Below are positions 1 through 5,480 of a DNA stretch of 10,568 nucleotides, piece after piece. The position numbers were made by a program, and so were the translations under genes. The first letter of the stretch is position 1. Every line of letters starts with the position of its first letter. The notes under the pieces were generated by a model that did not search any database, had not been told where the DNA came from, and worked only from the letters and a program-made list of their open reading frames with translations. Source of the stretch: Bdellovibrionota bacterium FG-2 (GTDB taxonomy: Bacteria > Bdellovibrionota > UBA1018); contig JBBCAV010000334.1 of the NCBI GenBank assembly GCA_051382305.1, positions 1-10,568 of the forward strand. The letters are read 5' to 3'.

Positions 1-810
1 CCCTATCATATTGAGAATCGCGCTGACGTATGCTTGATCGGATGGGAAGTGGCGCAACAGCTTTTTTCTAATGTTGCCCCCCTTGGGCAATCGGTTCATA
101 TTTCTCGTAACGATAATGCGTTTGTTTGTCGCGTCATTGGCATTCTCAAGAGCCAGAGTTCTAATAGTGAATGGATCAAGCCAAATCTTCAAATCATCAT
201 TCCGTTCACCTTTTTCCCTTTTGTCTATGGGGGCGGGGACGCGCAAATCAATGAGTCTGTTTTTCAAATCGATGCGGGCGCCGATATGGAAAAGACGTCT
301 CAAAGTATTAAGGCATTTTTTGAGCAAAAATATGGCAAATCAGGCCGATTTAGCGCTGATTCGGATTCGGTTCTGATTGCGCAGATGAAGAAATTTTTGA
401 ATCTTTTTTCAATTCTTTTGGGGGCGATCGCTATTATTTCGCTGATCGTTGGCGGGATAGGGATTACTAATATGATGTTGGTTTCAGTGAATGAGCGTTT
501 CAAAGAAATCGGAATTCGCAAAGCCGTGGGTGCGACTGACTTGAGCATTAGGTTTCAATTTTTGCTGGAGGCAATGATCCTGTGTTGTGTGGCGGGCGTT
601 TTGGGTCTGGTGATGGGGTTTTCGGTTTATGAGCTGTTGATCTATGGCGCGTCCAAATTTGTGACTAAGCTGCAGTTCGAGTGGGTGGTGGATTGGGGTG
701 CCCTCATTATCTCGGTGGTTTCCACGCTGGTGGTGGGTCTTGCAAGCGGTCTCATGCCTGCGCTCAAAGCCGAGAGACTGCAGGTGATTGAAGCGTTGAG
801 GACGGAGTAA
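1..810 (+). CDS. MacB/FtsX-family ABC transporter permease (5'-partial; end of periplasmic region plus FtsX-like C-terminal TM domain)
   Basis: The frame is open from base 1 (PYHIENRADVCLIGWEVAQQLF), so the ORF-track start at 34 is not the true start. It contains the typical MacB motif GGIGITNMMLVSVNERFKEIGIRKAVGA, then FLLEA, three TM helices and a C-terminal PALKAERLQVIEALR. It ends TAA TGA. Confidence 0.93.
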   Translation, partial: PYHIENRADVCLIGWEVAQQLFSNVAPLGQSVHISRNDNAFVCRVIGILKSQSSNSEWIKPNLQIIIPFTFFPFVYGGGDAQINESVFQIDAGADMEKTSQSIKAFFEQKYGKSGRFSADSDSVLIAQMKKFLNLFSILLGAIAIISLIVGGIGITNMMLVSVNERFKEIGIRKAVGATDLSIRFQFLLEAMILCCVAGVLGLVMGFSVYELLIYGASKFVTKLQFEWVVDWGALIISVVSTLVVGLASGLMPALKAERLQVIEALRTE

Positions 811-837
811 TGAACGCCGGAAAGAGGCATCGTAACG

Positions 838-890
838 AAAACATGTTTTAAATTAACCAGTTGAAGGCGCTAATTTCGCTTGTTAATTTA
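838..890. promoter_or_regulatory. AT-rich dyad elements (candidate operator sites)
   Basis: Perfect 12-bp palindrome AAAACATGTTTT at 838-849. A 9-bp inverted pair, TAAATTAAC (849-857) and GTTAATTTA (882-890), brackets the predicted -35 and overlaps the -10. Confidence 0.4.
861..889 (+). promoter_or_regulatory. Putative sigma70-type promoter
   Basis: TTGAAG (861-866), 17-bp spacer, TAATTT (884-889), with TG at 881-882 in the extended -10 position. The predicted start site near 896 lies immediately before the left repeat arm. Confidence 0.45.
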
Positions 891-897
891 TGACGCG

Positions 898-930
898 AAA
901 TGAGAGGTCGGATTCTCACCATGACCGTGA
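898..930 (+). repeat. Left arm of a perfect 33-bp inverted repeat
   Basis: AAATGAGAGGTCGGATTCTCACCATGACCGTGA is the exact reverse complement of 1922-1954, checked base by base. The flanking pairs 897/1955 and 931/1921 mismatch. The arm contains ATG 900, SD-like GAGGT 904-908 and ATG 921. Confidence 0.97.
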
Positions 931-1523
931 ACAAGTTTTGGTTTCAAAAATGTGGATGGGTCCTTTTTGTGACGCTTTTGAGCGGGTGGAGTTTTACGGA
1001 AGCATTGGCTCGAGAGTTCTATTCGATTCCGGTTTCCATTCAATTGAACTTTGTGAGTCATAATGGTGGCCAGGAAAAACTGGGAATGCAACAAGGAGCC
1101 TTGAGGGATTTGGAAAAGGGCGGCCTATCTTTGAAGTTCGCATCTCATGACTACAAAATTGAGAATGGAAAGCTGGGCTTCCGAAAATTCTTTGAGTGTA
1201 CGGAAGCCTACAAGGAACGACGGCCCATGATTGCGATGACTTTATCAAGGGACCAGCTTCAATCCGTTTTTGATCACACCGTTAATTCATTTTGGATGAG
1301 GAGCGCGACCAAAGCAAATTGGCAGAGATTAATTGCCCGGACCCTTAATTTTGAGACAAAAGAGCGCACCGTGGTGGCGACTTATTGTGAGCATGCTTCG
1401 GGGGTGGATGAGAATGAACTGGTGCAGTCGTTAGAGTTTCTGGCGCCCGAGGGCGAGGGTAAGTTCGTGGTTACGTTGAGTTTTGGTCGTCAAGTCAGTG
1501 TAAGTGCAGAATCTCCAAAATAG
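900..1523 (+). CDS. Hypothetical secreted/periplasmic protein (start may be ATG 921)
   Basis: 207-aa ORF. The N-terminus resembles a Sec signal peptide: basic NKFWFQK, hydrophobic GWVLFVTLLSGWSF and an ALA cleavage motif. SD-like GAGGT lies 12 nt before ATG 921. No family recognised. Confidence 0.75.
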   Translation: MRGRILTMTVNKFWFQKCGWVLFVTLLSGWSFTEALAREFYSIPVSIQLNFVSHNGGQEKLGMQQGALRDLEKGGLSLKFASHDYKIENGKLGFRKFFECTEAYKERRPMIAMTLSRDQLQSVFDHTVNSFWMRSATKANWQRLIARTLNFETKERTVVATYCEHASGVDENELVQSLEFLAPEGEGKFVVTLSFGRQVSVSAESPK

Positions 1524-1525
1524 AT

Positions 1526-1553
1526 TCAAGCCAAGCCGCATTATCACCGAAGA
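1526..1553 (+). promoter_or_regulatory. Candidate sigma28 (FliA)-type promoter
   Basis: TCAAG (1526-1530), 15 bp, ACCGAAGA (1546-1553). This resembles the TAAAG...GCCGATAA consensus and precedes the RBS AGGGGG (1560-1565) and GTG 1572. Confidence 0.4.
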
Positions 1554-1571
1554 GTAAGCAGGGGGTAGTGT

Positions 1572-2750
1572 GTGATTTGGAATCGCATTAAAAACGCTCT
1601 CACGCAAGCACAGTCTAAAGAGGAAGGCTCGCGCTTAGAGATTACCTCAGAAACTTCTGTTTCTGGAGAGTCCTTCAGCGCGTCTGCTCGCCGAGGTGCG
1701 GGAGAATTTCAGCCGGCCAGAAAAGTCGTGACGGTGCTTCACGGGACGCTGGGGGAAGTTTCTAGCCTCCTCGAAACGGTGGGTCCAGAAGACCTGGCCC
1801 TGGCACTTAATGATTTCTTGACGCTGGCATTTTCGCGAGCACGCGATCGAGGCGCTCATTTTGAGCGTTTTTCAGGAAATAGTTTTATAGCGATTTGGGG
1901 TGGGGGTTTAGATTCAGATCATCACGGTCATGGTGAGAATCCGACCTCTCATTTGGCCGAAGAAGCGATTAGTGCATCCGAATGCGCACTGGAGTTGAGG
2001 GAGGATTTTTATAGCCTTAATCACGCTCGCAAGAATGATGGTCTGAAGCTGCTTCGGATCAGCATGGGTGTTCATATGGGGGCGGCCTTGGTTGCGAAAC
2101 TAGGCGCGCCCGGGTTTTCGAAGCTCACTTGTGTCGGCGAAGCAGTTCAGTGCGCGCGTGCCTTAGATCGTCTTGCCGCAAATGCGGGGATTGATTTACT
2201 GTTGTCGCACGATATTTGGACGGTGCTTGAGGGAAGGATTCCGGGGAAATGTGCGGGGGAGAGTCCGCTTACCCCGATCACAGGACTGACCCAGCTGTAT
2301 AGTGTTTCTGGGGGTAAAATGGAGGCGCTCTTTGAAAATGAAACGCCGGGCTTTTCGGGGACACGAAGTTTGATGATCAAACGGGATAAGCCAAAGCGGT
2401 GGTCGATTAATAACGGTTCGCAAATCGTTGGGCCCTGGGCCGAAACTGAAATTGCACAGCGCCTTTTTGCCCAAGAGTTAGATTTTGATTGCGAGTGTTG
2501 GGAAGAAGGGTCCGGAAAATCTGGGCGAATTTGCGACAGTGGGATGTTTTCTGGCTCCCAAGATGAGGGTGCCAACCTTTGGGTTTATGACGGGCAAACA
2601 ATTCATGGTCCCATCAGTCCAGGTTTTCTCCGGACTGCCCTGATTTGTGGGGCGATCGCGCGATCGGCGTATGTGTGCGAGGACTCTACGGTGAAGGGAT
2701 GGGCTTTGCTCGAATCAGCGCCCAAAGCGGTTGAGTCCAAGGCGGCTTAA
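1572..2750 (+). CDS. Degenerate class III adenylate/guanylate cyclase-like domain fused to two GYF_2 (DUF4339)-like domains
   Basis: Cyclase-fold patterns at about 1719-2305: RKVVTVLHGTL...GPEDLALALNDF...ERFSGNSFIAIWG and RISMGVHMG...KLG...LTCVGEAVQCARALD...LLLS. Two W-x(7-9)-GP-helix repeats follow: WSINNGSQIVGPW...CWEEG (from 2400) and WVYDGQTIHGPIS...GAI...GW (from 2580). GTG start with RBS AGGGGG. The stop overlaps the next start (TAATG). Confidence 0.8.
   Translation: MIWNRIKNALTQAQSKEEGSRLEITSETSVSGESFSASARRGAGEFQPARKVVTVLHGTLGEVSSLLETVGPEDLALALNDFLTLAFSRARDRGAHFERFSGNSFIAIWGGGLDSDHHGHGENPTSHLAEEAISASECALELREDFYSLNHARKNDGLKLLRISMGVHMGAALVAKLGAPGFSKLTCVGEAVQCARALDRLAANAGIDLLLSHDIWTVLEGRIPGKCAGESPLTPITGLTQLYSVSGGKMEALFENETPGFSGTRSLMIKRDKPKRWSINNGSQIVGPWAETEIAQRLFAQELDFDCECWEEGSGKSGRICDSGMFSGSQDEGANLWVYDGQTIHGPISPGFLRTALICGAIARSAYVCEDSTVKGWALLESAPKAVESKAA
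1922..1954 (-). repeat. Right arm of the perfect 33-bp inverted repeat (intragenic)
   Basis: TCACGGTCATGGTGAGAATCCGACCTCTCATTT is the reverse complement of 898-930. It encodes HGHGENPTSH in the cyclase-like protein, and the same peptide appears in antisense ORF 888..1094. Confidence 0.97.
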
Positions 2751-3364
2751 TGGATCCACAGATTCTTGTGTCAACGCCTGAGTGGATTGGAGTGAATAAG
2801 CCTCCGGGATGGCTCTCAATTCCCGCCCGTGATTCGGCTCCCTGTTTAAGTGACTGGTTTTCCGCTCAGTTTCCTAATGAAAAAATTTTTGTTGTTCATC
2901 GGATCGATCGCGAAACGAGTGGCGCAGTGCTTTTTGCGCGAACGGCGCTTGCGCACAAGAAGGCGGGGATTTGGTTCGAAAGACATCAGGTTAAAAAGAC
3001 TTATGATTGCCTGACTCTGGGACAGCCACGGTTGCCGACTTTTCGGGTGGATACACCGATTGAAGGCAAAAAGGCGGTTTCACAAATTGAGATTATTAGA
3101 AAGTCCGACGCAGTTTTTCAGGCCCAAGTCAGAATTGTCACGGGGAGACGTCATCAGATTCGGATTCATCTTTCAGGTTTAGGCTATCCTGTTTTAGGGG
3201 ATCTCAAATACAAAGGCCCGCGAAAAGTGGAGATCGGTCAAGAGTGGATGACGTTCGCGCGAGTCGCCCTTTATGCTTTTCGGCTTGAGCTGCCAGATGG
3301 TTTGGTGCTCGAGGCGAGTTGGCCTGTTGATTTTAAGTCGTGGGTGGAAAGACTGTTTCCATGA
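2750..3364 (+). CDS. RluA-family RNA pseudouridine synthase (no S4 domain)
   Basis: Motif I VNKPPGW, motif II HRIDRETSG (catalytic Asp), KTY, TGRRHQIRIH, YPVLGDLKY and an LHA-equivalent LYA. Confidence 0.95.
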   Translation: MDPQILVSTPEWIGVNKPPGWLSIPARDSAPCLSDWFSAQFPNEKIFVVHRIDRETSGAVLFARTALAHKKAGIWFERHQVKKTYDCLTLGQPRLPTFRVDTPIEGKKAVSQIEIIRKSDAVFQAQVRIVTGRRHQIRIHLSGLGYPVLGDLKYKGPRKVEIGQEWMTFARVALYAFRLELPDGLVLEASWPVDFKSWVERLFP

Positions 3365-4377
3365 GCGCCTTTTATAGTACGCTACTGCATGATCTTGAGC
3401 GCGCCTGGAAGTGGCGAGAGAATCTGGGGCTTTTCCGGGAAACCCAGGCGCTTCGTGTTTTTCATGGCCCCGGCGAAGCCGCTTCTGGCTCGCCTGTCTT
3501 TAGAGGGATCATGCTCGATCGTTTCGCGGATCACTATTGGGTGAGTTTTCGATCACAAGATAAATTTGAAGACTCGCTGCCTCCGGCTATTGTGCCGGCA
3601 CTCCTTGACTTTTTGCGTTCAAAAAATGCGCAATCTTGTGTTTGTGTTGAGCGGGTCAAGGGCGGTGCCGTCCCCCAAAAGCTTCGGGTGCTGTTGGGGG
3701 AGCCAGGTCTAGATCCCTATCAAGTGAGTGAGAATGGTATGCGGTTTTGGATTCGATCAATGAATTCTTTTCATCCGGGCTTGTTTCTCGATCACGCTCC
3801 TTTGCGAGATTGGCTCCGGAGACGATCTCAGGGCTGGCGGGTCCTTAATACTTTTGCCTATACGGGTAGCCTTTCGGTTGCTTGTGGAATCGGGGGCGCT
3901 GCCCAGGTGGTTACTGTGGATTTGTCAAAGCAAACGCTCATATGGGCTCAGTCGAACTGGATGCTAAATGGACTACCTGAGGCGGCGGCGAGTTTTATGG
4001 CGGCTGATGCGATGGAGTGGTTTTTGCGGGCTAAAAAGAAGCGAGAAGAATTTGATTGCGTTATCCTTGATCCCCCTTCTTTTTCTCGCGGAAAATCCGG
4101 AATATTTTCGACTGCGAAAGACTTAGAAGCTCTTCATTTAAGGGCAATGCCCCTCGTCGCTTTGGGTGGGGTCCTGATCACTTCTATAAATTCTGCCAAC
4201 GTGTCTCAGGCAAAATATGCTAGCGACATTTTTCGTGCGGCGGAAAAGCTGAAGCTGCAGTTTGAGGTGCTGGCCGAAATTGCGCTTCCGGAGAGTTTTC
4301 CGACACCGCTTGCGGATCTTGCGGGCCCCAAAGCGGATCGGTATTTGAAAGGGTGGATCTTGCGTCGCGCTGTTTAG
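3361..4377 (+). CDS. Class I SAM-dependent rRNA methyltransferase, RlmI/RlmK family (RlmK-like)
   Basis: Motifs GLFLDH, VLNTFAYTGSLSV, VTVDLS and FDCVILDPPSF. ATG 3361 overlaps the upstream TGA (ATGA) and is preferred over the ORF-track start at 3340. Confidence 0.9.
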   Translation: MSAFYSTLLHDLERAWKWRENLGLFRETQALRVFHGPGEAASGSPVFRGIMLDRFADHYWVSFRSQDKFEDSLPPAIVPALLDFLRSKNAQSCVCVERVKGGAVPQKLRVLLGEPGLDPYQVSENGMRFWIRSMNSFHPGLFLDHAPLRDWLRRRSQGWRVLNTFAYTGSLSVACGIGGAAQVVTVDLSKQTLIWAQSNWMLNGLPEAAASFMAADAMEWFLRAKKKREEFDCVILDPPSFSRGKSGIFSTAKDLEALHLRAMPLVALGGVLITSINSANVSQAKYASDIFRAAEKLKLQFEVLAEIALPESFPTPLADLAGPKADRYLKGWILRRAV

Positions 4378-5480
4378 GCTTTGAGTTGTTCAACAAGCTT
4401 AAGATTTTCGGGCGTCCCAATTTTTGTACTCACCTCGGAAACTACCGAAGGATTATACGGTAGCAACACGTCCTTCTTAAGAGTCCTCAGTCGTTCGACA
4501 GATTCCAACACAAGCTCGGGTTTAAGTTTTCCCGTTTCAAGGGCCTTTTGCAGGGCCTCGTAAGCGATGCGTGCCGCGTTTTCGGAGCGGTAGATCAAAA
4601 GGTCGCAACCAGCCTCGAGCGCAAGGCGAGGCGCGTCTTCTGCGCCATAGTGATCGGTGATGGCTTTCATTTCCATATCGTCAGTAACGATGACACGATT
4701 GTACCGAAGTTTCTTGCGCAATAGTTCGCGCAAAATCGTAGGAGAAAGCGTCGCTGGAAACTTAGGATCGAGTTTCGGCATGAGAATATGCGCTGTCATG
4801 ACAAAGGCGCAGTGAGAGCGAAAGGCGCGAGAAAAGGGACGAAATTCGCGCGCTTCCAAGGTCTCCAAATCCGTATCTACACGAGGTAGCGCAAAATGAG
4901 AGTCGGTGGAGGTGTCCCCATGTCCTGGAAAATGTTTGACACATGGTTGCACGCCGGCGGTCAAGTGCCCGCGCACAACGGCGCTAGAGATCTTGCTGAC
5001 ATCATCTTCTTTTTGTCCATAAGCCCGGTTTGCAATCACAGGGTTCTTAGGATTGGTCGCGATATCAACTACGGGCGCAAAATTTAGATTAACACCAACG
5101 GCCTTGAGTTCGCGCGCCATCATTTCACTGATTTCGTAAGCTAATTTTGGTGAGCCAGAATGCCCAATTGCTGCAGCCTCAGGGATTCGCGTAAACCCTT
5201 TTTTAAAGCGTTGAACGCGTCCTCCTTCATGATCGACCGCGATCCAAAGCGGAAAATATGACTTTAGTTCTTGTACCTGGTTAATCAGTTCCGCGACCTG
5301 TGCGGGAGAATCATAGTTGTGGGCAAATAAAAGCACGCCTCCGATGTGCTTTTCTTTGAGAAAAGAGGCGCTCTTAGGAGAAAGTTCTAGGCCAGAAAAC
5401 CCAGTCAAAAAGACCTCTCCAAGTTGTTGAATCGCTTTTTGCGTGGTCGCAGATAAAGTAGGTGAAGCCATATTCGTCAT
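4374..5480 (-). CDS. nagZ: Beta-N-acetylhexosaminidase, glycoside hydrolase family 3
   Basis: AVDHEGGRVQR, NFAPVVD, the NagZ signature KHFPGHGDTSTDSH and nucleophile motif TDDMEM. No signal peptide, so probably cytoplasmic. ATGA overlap with the thrA stop. Confidence 0.95.
   Translation of the reverse strand: MTNMASPTLSATTQKAIQQLGEVFLTGFSGLELSPKSASFLKEKHIGGVLLFAHNYDSPAQVAELINQVQELKSYFPLWIAVDHEGGRVQRFKKGFTRIPEAAAIGHSGSPKLAYEISEMMARELKAVGVNLNFAPVVDIATNPKNPVIANRAYGQKEDDVSKISSAVVRGHLTAGVQPCVKHFPGHGDTSTDSHFALPRVDTDLETLEAREFRPFSRAFRSHCAFVMTAHILMPKLDPKFPATLSPTILRELLRKKLRYNRVIVTDDMEMKAITDHYGAEDAPRLALEAGCDLLIYRSENAARIAYEALQKALETGKLKPELVLESVERLRTLKKDVLLPYNPSVVSEVSTKIGTPENLKLVEQLKA

Noticed and set aside
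816-828. Short GCC...GGC hairpin after the MacB-like stop
   Set aside because: The stem is too short and has no U-tract, so it is not a credible intrinsic terminator.
898-930. CRISPR repeat or spacer interpretation of the 33-mer
   Set aside because: Only two copies were found, inverted and about 1 kb apart, with no array and no cas genes.
888-1094. 68-aa minus-strand ORF sharing HGHGENPTSH with the cyclase-like protein
   Set aside because: It is antisense to a better-supported gene, and the shared peptide simply reflects the DNA inverted repeat. It is relevant only as a possible fusion partner after inversion.
1897-1906. GGGGTGGGGG tract next to the right arm as a slippage site
   Set aside because: The runs are only 4-5 nt and are explained by Trp-Gly-Gly-Gly codons.
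898-1954. Insertion sequence or MITE interpretation of the inverted repeats
   Set aside because: There is no transposase-like ORF inside and no flanking direct repeat, and the cyclase-like ORF reads continuously across the right arm.
3340-3360. Extended N-terminus of the methyltransferase from the ORF track
   Set aside because: It lies within the RluA-family gene. ATG 3361 with an ATGA overlap is more plausible.
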